Source of the DNA: Eledone cirrhosa
Taxonomy: Eukaryota
Reading direction: 5' to 3'
Length of the DNA: 64,000 nt
Assembly: GCA_964016885.1 (NCBI GenBank)
Contig: OZ024743.1
Span: 274,536,001-274,600,000, forward strand
This document shows, in pieces, positions 27,931 through 42,933 of this stretch. The notes below the pieces were generated by a model, which was not told the DNA's origin, searched no databases, and saw only the letters and a program-made list of their open reading frames with translations. The translations under genes and the position numbers were made by a program. The number at the start of each line of letters is the position of its first letter. The stretch's first letter is position 1.

Positions 27931-28306
27931 CGGACAGCAGGGTGAATGCACTCTGGTGATACTGTCACACTGTACCTCGTATGATCCATCACTGCCTGTT
28001 AAGGTGTGAGAGTATGGTTTTTCAATTAGGCAAAGCCACTGTATAACTCGGAACTTAGATCTCTGGATCGTATTTAGCCGTTCAGTCGACTACATGCTTA
28101 CTATAGGCCTGCTCGGTCATGGCTGACCCAACAACAATAAGAACAACAGAAGCAGCAATATCAACAGGTCACGGCTGCAATTCCCCTGAACGTAAGTTTG
28201 CTAGATAAGAGTTGTCATGAGTCATTAATTCTTTGTCGTAAGATTACTCCTCGGACATTTAAACCTGGCGTCTTCAGTTCTGAACACAGTCGATTTCCGA
28301 GAGAGA

Positions 28307-28420
28307 AAGAAGAAGAAGAAGAAGAAGAAGAAGAAGAAGAAGAAGAAGAAGAAGAAGAAGAAGAAGAAGAAGAAGAAGAAGAAGAAGAAGAAGAAGAAGA
28401 AGAAGAAGAAGAAGAAGAAG
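28307..28420. repeat. (GAA)n microsatellite
   Basis: About 37 units. Confidence 0.95.
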
Positions 28421-28915
28421 GAGGAGGACGAAGTGAAGTAGTAGAAACAACATAGAAGAACCACTGACTCCAGTACTAAACTGGTACTTTATTTATCGAT
28501 CTCAAAATGACGAGATTTGATCACATAGCGCAGAGAACCGAAACGAATACCGCGTAGAGGGCGGAGGCGGAAGAGGGAGGAGTGGGAAAGAAGAAGAAGA
28601 AAATGAGGAGGAGGGGAGGAGGAGGTATTTGGGAAGAAAGAAGAAGAAAAGAATGAGCAACAGTAAGAGCAGAAGAATCCAAACCCCAGCCCACTATAAA
28701 GCCACGATTCCAATGCGATGACACGAAACTAATGATAGTACAATCTATAGTTAATGGGAAGAAGACAAAATACACAAATATATTTGTAGAAATCATTTTT
28801 ATAAAAATACCGAGAGATAGAGAAACAGTGAAAGAGAGAAAGTGAAGAGAGAGAGGTGATGGAGGGGGAGTGGGTAGACAGAGAGATAGATATACGGAAT
28901 ATTGCCAAACATACT

Positions 28916-29018
<103 letters not shown>

Positions 29019-29859
29019 AATGGAGTGGGTGAGAGGCATATTCAGTGGAGAGAGTGAAGCGGTGGAGAGAGAGACAGGAGGTACGATGGAGGGAGAGAGC
29101 GGCGGTGGAGAGAGAGATAGGGAGATGGGGGGAGGGAGAGGCAGTAGAAAGAGAGGGATATGGGGAGGGGAGAGAAAGAGAGAAATAGAGAGAGAAAGAG
29201 AGAAAAAGAGAGAGTAAGAGAAAATGAGAGAGAAAGAGAGTGAAAGAGAGAGCGAGAGGGAGAGAGGGAGTGAGAGAGAGAAAGAAAGAGAGAGAGAGAG
29301 AGGTAGTTAGGTAAAAAAGAGAGCGGTTCAGCAGAGAGAAGGTGACTATATCTCGGTATGAACTTTTCAGAACTTTCTAAGTCTTCGCCCAAGAAACATA
29401 TCATGTGGTTTCTAGTCGTTATCATATTCTTCCATATAACTAACTCTTACCCCCCATCTCCATCTTCTTATCGATCTTGCTCGTTCCTGCAATGCTTCAT
29501 TTTGCCAAATTTCTTAGTTAACCAATCCTTACTCACTTTTTTTCTGTTTTCTTTCGCCCCTCGTCACCATTTTTCTTTTGTTTCTTTTTCTTGTTGTTAT
29601 TGTTGTTTTGTTTCGATTTGTTTTTTTGTTGTTTTTTTTTTTGTGGTGGTGGTGGTGGTGGGGAGGGGGTTCTTGTTCGTTTTTCTTTTTTCAATATCTT
29701 TGTTTTTGTTTACTCTTGTAGTTGTTTATATTTTTAGATATATATATTTTTTTTTATGTTTTATTTTTTTTTTTTTCAATTCTTTTTTTATTTTTTTTTA
29801 TTAGCGATGGAAATGGTGGAAGGAAATTTGTTACGAGGAAGGAAGGGGAGGTTGGGTGT

Positions 29860-30050
29860 TGGGAGGTGTAGTTGGAGGTGGGGGTTGGATATGGGGTTGG
29901 AGGTGTAGTTGGAGGTGGGGGTTGGAGGTGTAGTTGGAGATGGGGTTGGAGGTGTAGTTGGAGGTAGGGTTGGAGGTATAGTTGGATATGGGGTTGGAGG
30001 TGTAGTTGGATATGGGGTTGGAGGTGTAGTTGGAAGTAGGGTTGGTGGTT
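29860..30050. repeat. ~24-bp minisatellite (ggttggaggtgtagttggatatgg)
   Basis: About 7 imperfect units. Confidence 0.85.
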
Positions 30051-30140
30051 TGTTGGAGATGTGGTAAGGAGGGATGTGATGGAAGGCTGTGAAATCAGGA
30101 AAGCTGTGGTTGGTTATGAGTCAGCGGCATCTGTGTATAT

Positions 30141-30204
<64 letters not shown>

Positions 30205-30409
30205 ATGTGTGTATGTGTGTGCAGTGTGTGTTTATATATATATTTATGTGCGTATGTGTGTGTATGTTTATATATATATATATATATGATGTGTGTCCGT
30301 GTTTATTCCGTCTCTGTGTTTCTGTGTGTCTCTGTGTTGCGTGTAAAATATGTATGTATTGCATGTGTATGCAAAATACATATATTCATACGTTGACACA
30401 TATATATGT

Positions 30410-30443
<34 letters not shown>

Positions 30444-30636
30444 CGTGTGGTTGTACGTGTATCTATGTACAAGCATATGAACCTATATGTATACAGATTT
30501 TCTTCATATTAGCATATTTTTTCTTCTGTACACACACAAATATATATATATATATGTATATATATATATGTGTGTGTGTGTTTGTGTGTTTGTATGTATG
30601 CATATATATATATATGTATGTATATATATGTGTGTA

Positions 30637-30685
<49 letters not shown>

Positions 30686-30824
30686 TACATATATACATAA
30701 GTACATAAATACATACAAATTTATATATATATGAGTATGAGTTTAGTGATCGGAATATGCGGTTCGGTTGGAAGTGGGTGTTCGGGGGGGGGAGTGGCGC
30801 GCGCGCGTGTGTGTGTGTATGTGT

Positions 30825-30863
<39 letters not shown>

Positions 30864-30924
30864 TGTGTGTATATATGTGTGTGTATGTGTGTGTGTGTGT
30901 GTGTGTGTATATATAAGTGTGTGT

Positions 30925-30977
<53 letters not shown>

Positions 30978-31200
30978 TGTCAATGTCTGGTGGGTAGGGA
31001 GATATATATACAAAGACGTATGCTGTCCAGCCAGTGAAAAAAGTGGAGCACCTTTCGATGTGAATATATAAATCCCCACCATCCAATTAGTCACGCGTGT
31101 GCATCAAGCGTACATGTATGTATATGTGAGTGTATGTATGTGTATATGAGCTGGTGTATTTATATATGTATATGTGTGTTTACATATACATATATGTATA

Positions 31201-31299
<99 letters not shown>

Positions 31300-31322
31300 A
31301 TATATATATGTATATATGCATA

Positions 31323-31396
<74 letters not shown>

Positions 31397-31546
31397 TATT
31401 TTTATTAATATAGATGTGAATGTTTGTGTGTGCCTGCATTAATGGACGTGTGGCTGTGTGTCTATATGTATAGGTATTAATATATATATATATTCAGACA
31501 CGCATCCACACAGATGTTTGCATATATATATATACATACATATATA

Positions 31547-31592
<46 letters not shown>

Positions 31593-31881
31593 CACACACA
31601 CACGCACGCACACATCACATATACACACTAATACACTAGCAAACACATACACATACATATATGATTGCAGTTTTTCCTCACCTCATAGTATCTCTATCAG
31701 TCTGTCATTATTCTATCTGTCTATATCTCACCCTCATTCAACAATCCATTACTGAAATCGACTGTGATTCCCATTGCATTACTATATTAATATCTATATT
31801 TTTATATATTTCATTTTTCCGTAAATTATATATTCCAGTCATGTAGACAACCTCGTAACTATTGGGGTATTTATGTTTATG

Positions 31882-31960
<79 letters not shown>

Positions 31961-31965
31961 ATTTA

Positions 31966-32007
<42 letters not shown>

Positions 32008-32060
32008 TGTATATATAATATATATATGCATATATGTTTGTGTATATATGAATATATATG

Positions 32061-32098
<38 letters not shown>

Positions 32099-32169
32099 TA
32101 TGTATGTATATATAAATATGCATATATGTGTATATGTATATATATATATGTGTGTGTATATAAATATAC

Positions 32170-32218
<49 letters not shown>

Positions 32219-32225
32219 CATACAT

Positions 32226-32261
<36 letters not shown>

Positions 32262-32669
32262 GCATAGATATCCGGGTGAGTGTGTGAATTATAAAATACC
32301 CAATCAATCACAATCACATACATATATATAGACGTACTTCCCCATACTCACTCATACACACACACACACATACACACATACACACATACACACACTATCC
32401 CCCTTTCACCCCGTCTCTCACACACACACACACACATTCTTGTGATAGAGAGGAAATCAGCATAAGGAGCCGGATAAAGAGAGAATTAATAAGTTAATCA
32501 TCAATTTATCTTTCATTGATTCAGCTATTTTTCCTGCGGCTCCATTTCTCAGTTGAAATATTACATTTCTTATAAATTGACACACATATAGACAGACGTG
32601 CGCACTCACACACACGCGAACACTCACACACGCACACACACGCGAACACTCACACACGCACACACACGC

Positions 32670-32755
<86 letters not shown>

Positions 32756-32871
32756 CCATACGCACACATGCACACACACATGCACACACACACAGACACG
32801 CACACATGCACACACACACGCACATACACACACACACACACACATACGCACACATGCACACACACGCACAT

Positions 32872-32934
<63 letters not shown>

Positions 32935-33557
32935 CGCGCGCGCAACCATACACAATCGCACACAAAGTTATGTTTGCAAGCACACACATACACTTATATA
33001 CATGTTAATTTATATTCATACACAAGCACACGTGCATATGATGGTTATACATATATGTTTATATGTATGTGTGCGTGTGTGTGCATATATATAGTTATAT
33101 ATATCTATATATATATATAGAGAGAGAGAGGGGGGGGGGGGGGTAAATAGATAGATAGACAGAGAGATGGATGGATATAGATAGATAGATCAACATAAAG
33201 CGACATATGAGTACATAAATGTATATATATATATATATACCTCTAGGTGTGATAGAAACTTATTAAATAAAACACGCTCTATAGCCCTTGATAACTGTAA
33301 GTATCTCTATAATTTAATCAAAAACTCCTACAAAATGTCCGCATGAAAAATGTTTTCTATTAAAAATAAAAACTACACAAAACGTTACTTCCGGCAAAAT
33401 GATGGATTAAAACAATCAAATCCACCATACCTCTATCTCACGTTCTCTATCATTCTCAAACACACACACAAACACACACATAAATTCTCTCTCTCACGCA
33501 CACACAAGCACGCACATACATATATTGTCTAGAATTATAGAAGCAAAAATGCACCAA

Positions 33558-33610
33558 CATAATTTCTGATGATGAGACCACGAGTGTCTGGAAACATTGA
33601 TAAAATTATG
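33558..33610 (+). ncRNA. Type I hammerhead motif with imperfect helix III
   Basis: cataattt-CTGATGA-tg-agac-cacgagt-gtct-g-GAAA-cattga-TA-aaattatg; perfect 8-bp helix I. Confidence 0.6.
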
Positions 33611-33680
33611 CATTTAGGAAAGTAACCAAACACACACACATACAAAGCCACCAACACACACATACATAGAGAGAGGAAGA

Positions 33681-33736
<56 letters not shown>

Positions 33737-34614
33737 CAGACAGACAGACAAACTGTAGAAGCTGGCGAAGCTGGCGAAACCACGAATTCATCCTTAAAAA
33801 GTGCATATGTTTTAGGACCTACATATGCATTAATTCTTCCCTTCAATCAATTTATAGACACTTATTCCCTTTTCTTACGTATTACAAGATAATCCCATGT
33901 AGATAAATACCAGAATATCCAAAACTGTGGCGAGAACACAGTAGTCGGGCATGCAGAATGCAACAACATTGAGCAGCCACATATAGAAGCTGAAAGTTAC
34001 TCTACCACATAGATAATCCCTACGTAATGTAGACCATAAATCAACGGGTCGAATAAAGCCTCTATTAACTGACTTGACACAAGAGCAGACCTCTTGAATA
34101 TGTGCCCTTACGCAACGAAATTCCACACAAAGCAACGAAACATATCACCTACACGGGGATAGAATCCACTCTCGAAAGATCCTGATGCTAACCGAGTTGC
34201 CAGCCGTACCCAGACGTACCCAGCCTTACCCAGCATCTTGGTCTAATGCACTGCTGTTAGCCACTATCCACTATAAATTTGTCTTCGCTCATACAAACAA
34301 GAACACACAGATTTGGCATGCTCACTGCCACCATACTTATTATGTAATAACCACTATAATCAATTACAAAACCATTTACCTTAAAACCCACCCAGTCAAC
34401 GGTATTGTGTCTACATATGCATATTCGTGGTTTAACCATTTATGTTTTGTATAGAATTTCATAGAGGATCCCTGTCGGAACGCGCACACGCAAACACTTG
34501 CACGCATCATTTTTTTTATTTTTTTTACAAACATCTTTTACAAATATTTTTTTTTATTCTTTTACAAACGTCTTCATTAATGACTGTCGGAACGGGCACG
34601 CATATCTCAGCTCA

Positions 34615-34677
<63 letters not shown>

Positions 34678-34679
<2 letters not shown>

Positions 34680-35780
34680 TTAGGGTAAACATTGATGCAA
34701 TTCAATTCAACCACTCAACGTACTTTTTCCACATAGGAGTGACGGAGTAAATATCGAATAAGTAAAAGCGAAGTAGTTTCAGATGTTCAAGTCCTTTAAT
34801 AATAATGTATATTTCAATGACGACACTGGCCACACTGTTCTGTGTGCGAGTGTCGTGACATCATCAGACAGCTTGTTACATAATAAGGTTATGTTTCCGA
34901 GGCAATCCAAGTTGAATCGACATGGGAACGGACGAAGTGTGTGCTTTTGGGTTCTTCATCCGTTCCCCTGTGAGTACCAATTCACCCCCACCGGTCTGCG
35001 CAGGCGCATGTCCGAAGGAAGTTGACCATTAGCTACCGCCGATTTCAACGAAATTCGCTTAGTCAGTTCACCCTCTCAACCAAACAATTACCCATTTAGG
35101 CCTGTACCATAGTTTATTGCTACCCGTCCCGTCTGTGGCAGTCAGCCGAAAGCCAGAGGGGATGGGAAAGTGTTAGTTTTTACAGGTCACAATACTACCT
35201 CTCACCAAGCATGGACAGTACGACTGACCATCAACTCCCAAGAGAAAATATACTTAATTGTAGGTTTTACATTGGAAGTTATGAGTGAGAGTTGGAAATA
35301 AAAATTAAAATTCTAAATCAAAAATCAGAAATTATAAATTAAACAATTAAAAAATTAACAATTAGAAATTAAAAAAATGTTTCAAGTGAGAATCCGGATT
35401 GAGGGGAGTAAAAAAACATAGATTGAAGTGAGTAAATAATATGGAGAGAGATGTTTAAGTAAGAAGTTCTGAGAGGGGTTCCAATATCACAGTTACACTA
35501 TCCACATATTGAACGATACATTAGAACGGAGGGTAAACTACAGTATTCAATCTGGTACACAGTCATAATTTCCATCACATGGAACAAAACCAAAGAAAAA
35601 CAGATATAAAGTACACAAAAGAAAAGAACCAATAATGAATAGTTGCAAAAACACAGAGTACATATACGCAAAATGATCCATATGATTGTCAATTTGGCCG
35701 GTGTCGTCATTCAAATTTATATCACAGCATTATCATTAAAGGACTTGAACATCTGAAACTACTTCGCTTTTACTTATTCT
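34678..35780. mobile_element. ~1.1-kb insertion in (TA)n with ~80-bp inverted arms carrying HHR parts
   Basis: 34756-34831 is the reverse complement of 35695-35779. Confidence 0.65.
34805..34872 (-). ncRNA. Type I hammerhead lacking the 3' strand of helix I in this copy
   Basis: gctgt-CTGATGA-tgtc-acgacact/agtgtcgt-catt-GAAA-tataca; the inverted arm retains TC-acagc. Confidence 0.65.
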
Positions 35781-35823
35781 ATATATATATATATTTTTAT
35801 ATATATATATAAATATATATATA

Positions 35824-35863
<40 letters not shown>

Positions 35864-35869
35864 TAACTT

Positions 35870-35899
<30 letters not shown>

Positions 35900-35901
<2 letters not shown>

Positions 35902-36062
35902 GAAAGGAGTCAGGACCCCGACGGCTGAGCTCCGACCGTTTCGACAGCTAGATCCGAACTGTTCGGATCTAGCTGTCGAAACGGCCGGAGCTCAGCCGTC
36001 GAAGTCCTGACTCTTTTCCTATTACCCACTCTACTACCCTGGTATCTTACCACACTTTCTTT
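35900..36062 (+). mobile_element. Family F fold-back module
   Basis: gagtcaggac..gtttcgacagctagatccgaac-t-gttcggatctagctgtcgaaac..gtcctgactc followed by the family tail. Confidence 0.75.
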
Positions 36063-36627
36063 GTTTGTTGTATATATATATATAAGGAAGAACAAACGGT
36101 CTTTTTCCTCTCAAAATATTTGACTTCACATAAACTTTCCAAATTGGTGGAGTGTACATGACCTTTGTCTTTTTATACTAATATTTAGCCCAACAAAGTA
36201 CATGCATTGGAGAAGGTGTCCAAGCATATCCTCTACTGTATGAACCAAAAAATTTGCATCATCAGCATACAAGAAGTTCCTAATAAGAGTGCCAAATGTT
36301 TTGGACTTGGTGTTAAACCGTCTTAGATTAAAGGCATACCGATATTCAAAGCGGATGGGTATATAAGCTCATCAAATACGTGGTTCCTTGTGGTTATTTG
36401 GATGATATACACGCCTTCTGATGAGGACCCAACTAGTTCAAAGTTGTTCTTCAAGTTTTTACATGCATACATATAAAATATGTGTATATTTATATACACA
36501 TTGGTACAGTCCCGGTTACCCACCATTATGTATACAGATATAAGTTTGTTATACATACATATAGATATTAAAAAATGTGGGAATCCAAACACAGGAAATA
36601 TCTATGGCAATAATCGAACCTCTATAA

Positions 36628-36816
36628 ATAATTGTTTCTACTTTAGGCACAAGGCCAGCAATTATCCCAGTGTATTACTGGTACTTTATTTTATCGACCC
36701 CGTAAGGATGAAAGGCAAAGTTAACCTCGGCGGGATTTGAAATCAGACCATAAAGGGCCGTAACTCTTTGCTGCAAAGCATGGCGTCCGACCCTCTACCG
36801 ATACTGCCAATCCACC
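36628..36816 (-). mobile_element. tRNA-derived SINE, full length
   Basis: Reverse complement of the 265-452 family. Confidence 0.85.
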
Positions 36817-39128
36817 GCTCCATCGATCGCTATAAATAATAGCTTTAGAAAATCGGGTCAAATACCCTTAAAGACGGATAAAAGAGAGCAACAGCCGTTA
36901 CCGAAATTTGAACTGTATCTCTATAATATTGACCGTATACTTCAGCCATTAGGAGCGACTGACGATGAATTCTGTCAACTTTAAGGAGCTACCTTAAACA
37001 GCTCTCAGCTAGAGCCGGAAGTAAACAATCTTATGATTTATCGAAGTCTTGAGGAATTTGAAATTCAAACGCAGAATCATAACTATAACCACAGCCGATC
37101 ACTATGATTACTTTAGAAAATCGGGCAATATAAACTTAGAGACAGGAAAGAATGACCAGCATCCCCCACGGAGGTTTGCGTATGCTTCTTACAGATTCAA
37201 AGATCAGCGCAACAGCCTGCTCTTAACTTTATGTGTGTGTGACTGAATATTACTTAGATACATGTACCCCTTCCAAAGTTAGCGAAGAGATTCAGTGTGA
37301 CAGTCTATAATAAGGCTAGCCTTTTGAACGAAAAGAAAGGGAGAAAGTTTTAACTCCATATTGAAAAATGTACACCCTATACAATATTTCAGGTATTTAG
37401 ATGCATATCCGTGAGAAGGTACGGGGCCATAAATATATATATACATAAAACAGCGTCATCGAATTGTTTTTTGCTATAGAAAATTAAATAAAATAATAAG
37501 ACACATGCCCTTTTAAATTTTAAAAAAAAAATGAACATTAGCACCAGAGGAACGTGAACCTACAACTCCATGCTTGCCTGGAAGAACTGGTACTAAGAGT
37601 CAATTACATTTCTTTTCCTTATCTAAAGCTATATATACATAACGAGGGATAAATAAACGAATGGGCGCTTAGAAACGATGAGTGGAATTTGAAATTTATG
37701 AATAATTTAGCTTATATATATGTATATTTGCATATATGTGTGTGTGTATATGTGTAAATGTGTGTGTGTGTAAATGTGTGTGTGTGTGTAAGTGTGTAAA
37801 TGTGTGTCTTTCTGTATGCATGTATGTATGTGTTTATGTACAAAAGAGTGGCAACACGTACGATAGATAAACTGTACTATATTTCCTGGAGTAAATAAAT
37901 TCACTGTCTCTAACGATTTCTTGACAACTGTTACAATGTTTTCATAACTTCTGCCTTTTAAGTTAGAAACATATGCAATCTGTAGATATTTGCAGCTCCA
38001 GAACAATGTAACTCTAAATACATATTTACCACAAATGCCAAGCTCTACCTCATGCCAATATTTAATACAGTGGTTTCCACCAAAAAAAGTATCTCAGTTA
38101 TCATGAGAGAAGATGATAAAAAGCTGCTTTTGTTTTTGCCCTACCATTGTTGCGCCGTAGGCCGGAGATTATCTCGTTTTCGCGAGGCGTTAAGTGAGAG
38201 TACAAAACGGTCGTAGATCTTGCTCCCAGCTCTACTGATACTCATTTTCAGTGGACTAAGGCAACGTAAAATGAACTGCACTTTGGAATCGAACCTACCG
38301 GGTAGGGTTGTCGTCCGCGAAAACGCTACCCGCTATAGTTTACGCTCGAGATAAGGTGTATTCTAATTGTTTTGTTTTGTTTTTGTTTTTTTTTATGAAT
38401 AAATTCTGTCTCTAAAACGATTTTATTTTCCATTTAATATCATGTTATATTGGGTCGTGAAGTATGAAATTTGTAGAAAAAAAGAATTTCTATAAATTTC
38501 ATACTTGACGACCCAATAGTGTGTTGGGGTGTGTTCGTATTTGGAAAAATCATACAACTATTCGTTTGGAAACTGAAGCAGTGTCTATGAAGTTTCTGAT
38601 ATAAACTCACTTGAACTACTAGAAATAGTAACTGAACTATCCTTGAAACCACAATTTTGTAGTCTAAGAAAAACACTTGTTTTAATAATGTGGTTCTTGA
38701 TAGCCTGCACAGAGGAAAAAAGATCGAATGGTCACAGATGAGATGTGTTTACTCTTAGCTCTGATCGATCAGGGACTGATATGTGACTAAATAACAATAA
38801 TTTGTTAAATTACAGGTACAGTGAAAGGTGTAACCTTAACATAATTCGTGCACAGAATCAGCGTGACGCAACATATGACAAGGCTGGGCTTTTGAATTCC
38901 GATATAGTTTATCTAACGTGACTTTACTTAGTTTCTGCTTATGTAATTACACTCACAATACTTGGGTCGACCTGAGACTACGTTAAGAGAAACTTAACAA
39001 AAAGTGCTAAGTAGTGTGATCGAAACCTGGGACGTCGTGATAGCGGAGTGAATTGTTAACCACAATACCAGGCCTGTTTCATGATAAAAACTATAGACGG
39101 AGGTAATATTTTCAATTTTTCATATGTA

Positions 39129-39617
39129 CAAGGTGGTCCGAAAGTCTTTTCACACCCTACCAAAAAGTAAGGAGAAAGAGTTTGTTCCATTCGCAGTACC
39201 GTCCTCTTCGGAGGAGCAGGTTTGCCGAATCTTGCAGTGAAGTCATGTCGCACATCCTCCATGCTCCTGCCAGAATGCACACGATCATGTGTCCATACAC
39301 TTGTAAGCAGCCTCTTTTCTAAACTGTAGGAGCAGGAGCTCTGAAATAGAAAATTATATTATTATTATTATATATAATAATTAATTGTTTCTACTTTTGG
39401 AACAAGGCCAGCAATAACCCAGTACATTACTGGTACTTTATTTTATCGACCTCGTAAGGATGAAAGGCAAAGTTAACCTCGGCGGGATTTGAACTCAGGT
39501 CTGACACTCTACCGATACTGCCAATTCACAATAATTAATGATATATTATTAAAACAAAAAATAATGAAAGTTAAAACAATATGTGACAAGAGGTGACAAG
39601 ACTGTCGGACCACCCTG
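39129..39617 (-). mobile_element. Internally deleted Tc1/mariner DNA transposon with a nested SINE (39383-39527)
   Basis: TIRs TA|caaggtggtccgaaagtctt and aagactgtcggaccaccctg|TA; transposase N-terminal HTH remnant SMEDVRHDFTARFGKPAPPKRTV. Confidence 0.75.
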
Positions 39618-40176
39618 TACATCAACACTGGATCTCCTTATTCACAAACACGTGTATATATAGTATATATGTATGTATATGTCAATAATTGGGAGAGCGT
39701 AATTGCAATATATATAAATATATGTGTGTGCTGCTCAGTTACACACACACACGTACTGAAGCTTTTATGTTAAATCACGTGGCTTTTATAATGTTGCGTG
39801 TTTTGGGACTGAGGGGTTCGTCTAGACGTCGTGTACCAACCCAAGTGAATTCATTTGAATTTTCTTGAAACAGCTTTAATTTATGTACGTTTTAAGACAT
39901 GCTTACTGCCTTAATTTACCAATTAAACACTTTAATTATGTTAATTAGTATTTTTCCTGGTCGTGATGAAACCGTAGTCTAAGAACCGTGTAAGTAAAAT
40001 TATGTTTTTCCTTAAATATATTCTTTGCTTAATATGTTAAGTTCTTAATATATAATATATTATTATACCTAAATATAATTTGTATAAATGAAGCTCTGTA
40101 AAATATATCTTTTAGCCTGTATAATTATTTGAGCTGGTAATGGCATAATATGATTGAAATACTTTTTTTATCTCTT

Positions 40177-40233
<57 letters not shown>

Positions 40234-40514
40234 AGTATTTCCGTGGAAAAGGTAAAGGTAAGAAGAGTGCTCTATGCATAGTACAGAGCTATCTAATTAT
40301 GTAATAAACAACACAATATAATTATTCCATTCCTATCTGATAAACCACTTCAGACTCCTCTGTTAGAATCGTCTGACTTTGTGAAAACTTGAGTAATGAA
40401 ATAATTATATTATGTTGTTTATTACATAATTATATATATATATATATATATGTCCCAAGACTCTGATACAATCAACACCATAAACACAGAGCTGTCATAT
40501 CTAAGAACTGACTA

Positions 40515-40570
40515 ACTGCCTGATGAGGTCATAGCCACTCAATGGCTATCATCGAAATATATATAGCAGT
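40515..40570 (+). ncRNA. Type I hammerhead ribozyme, intact core
   Basis: actgc-CTGATGA-ggtc-atagcca/tggctat-catc-GAAA-tatata-TA-gcagt, followed by AATAAA and (TA)n ~45 bp later. Confidence 0.85.
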
Positions 40571-40611
40571 AAATAAAGGATTATGAGTTCATGCAATTGA
40601 CTTAGGTTTCC

Positions 40612-40672
<61 letters not shown>

Positions 40673-41716
40673 GGTGTTCGATGCTTAAAGCGTCCGTATG
40701 CGTTAGGCCGTATGAGCACTCGATGCCCTCATAGAGCAGAGTATCATATCACCGAAAAAAGAGAATCAGTGTTGCGACAAAAGGAATTTATTGGACATAT
40801 TACAATTGTTTCTCGGGCTACCAGCTCGAGGCACGATCGATATGGTGATCAAACCTGGCTCTGAAATCGCGCGGTCCTCGGATACGTCTCGATTCTACCA
40901 AGCAGATTTTCCTATTGTCCTTTAACATCGAATTCTTTCGTTTGTTGATTTAGATCCTGTTGTTCTCATTCTATGAGTGGTCAAGAATTGTATACGTCAC
41001 CGGTATTTCTAGCCACTCGTGGTTGCCCACTGTTTGGTTCTTCTCCTACTCCACCTGTCAATCAAAATTTCTTCATATATCAGAATTACTACTGTGGTGG
41101 GAGAGGGGCTGTAATCTTGAACGGCTGGCATCACTTCGACGTCTTCATTGTCCCTGGGCACCCTCGTCCACGGCGGTCAGGCACACACCCGCAATTATGC
41201 TGTATGCGGCAGTCATTGTAAATAATGTCCGGAGGGAATTTTTAAAAAACAATATAGGGATATTTAGCATAACATTTCCAGGACACAGCCTTAGAACACC
41301 CTCCACCATACATATTTCAAAAAGAAAAGGAAAAAGAAAAAGAAAAAACCTGTATTAAGAACGTCTCCAAATGAAAACCTATATATATGTAAAGAAATCC
41401 CAAAAATATTTCAATCATATTATGCCATAATTTTCTTCGCACCTTTGCTTTTGTGTTTTTCCTGAAATTGACTGATACCTTGACTATGTAACCCCTTCTT
41501 TTCCCCTCCAAGTGTGAAACTAATACACTTCGTGTTATTGCATCGTCTTCTTTGTTCGTTTCTTGTTTCTTTGATACCTTTTTATTATAGGAATGACTTC
41601 TACAGTGCTAGAGCTGTTTCATGTATAAGTCCATCAGGACTTCCTATAATAAAAAGAACACTCTTATACTCTACGAATGTATTGGGTACCATTTTAATGG
41701 CGGTCGCCTCGCCTAC

Positions 41717-41835
<119 letters not shown>

Positions 41836-42605
41836 ATATGTCAGGTCACCAGTTGGTGCTACTGGTAACATGTATCCCAGTACAACCTGTCCCATAGTCG
41901 GGTCGTTGGCGACTAAACTGGCAACCCTACCAAGGTTTCTTGGTGAGGAGGGTGACTTTGGACAACCTGCAGGACTAAAAACAAAACCTGTCAAAGGGCA
42001 AAGGAGCTCTTAAGAGTCAAGGGCCATCCAAAATCACCGGGAGAGATGACCCCTTAGCCTTTGTCAAGGCAGAATTCTAGGAGAAGGAAAACTCCGATAT
42101 AAGACCTGCAACCCTGATGGTATCCAATGGTGTTGACTTGTTCTTCTTTTTGGTAAATATCATCTTGATTAAGAGAGTGGGACTGGCTTTGTGCAGTGTC
42201 TTTGCTCACTATAAAAGCTTCACGGCACAGGCATTGCTTTATATCTGGAGATCTCTCTGCACTTGTCGTCACATGGTAGCGTGGGCCCAGCACTATGTGT
42301 CAATAATTGTCACAAGTGTAGTGTTTGTACCAGAGTTTTCAAGTCGCTGGCTGGACTAAAAAGTCACACTCGTTCAGCGCATCGGTAGGGGTTCTCCTGC
42401 ATGGATATAAAGTAGTGGCCGTACTCGAAAACGAGTTGGCAGCCACCATGTATGTATGTAAGTATGTATAAATGCATGTATGTGTTTGTACAACAAAACA
42501 AATATACATGTATATATGCATATATGTATGTATGCGTATGTATATATATAGCCGAAACGGCTTGAGCTCTGCCGCCGGGGTCATACATTTTCATATATAT
42601 ATATA

Positions 42606-42612
42606 TCGGGCG

Positions 42613-42656
<44 letters not shown>

Positions 42657-42687
42657 ATGAGGGACGCATAAATACACACCTGCACAC

Positions 42688-42732
<45 letters not shown>

Positions 42733-42747
42733 CATACATACATATAG

Positions 42748-42804
<57 letters not shown>

Positions 42805-42879
42805 TATAAATACATATATACAAATACACACACGTATATATATATATACACACAATATATATATATACAAATACACACA

Positions 42880-42930
<51 letters not shown>
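42606..42930. repeat. Direct repeat (partner 46159-46397) bracketing the Neptune-like PLE
   Basis: tcgggcgtgg(ag)n..tggcaatgag..cataaatacacacctgcacacg..caaatacacacacg in both copies. Confidence 0.8.

Positions 42931-42933
<3 letters not shown>

Noticed and set aside
28198-28455. Poly-glutamate ORF
   Set aside because: (GAA)n microsatellite.
36417-36450. CTGATGA-ggac..gttc-aaag as a hammerhead
   Set aside because: No GAAA, helix III or helix I.
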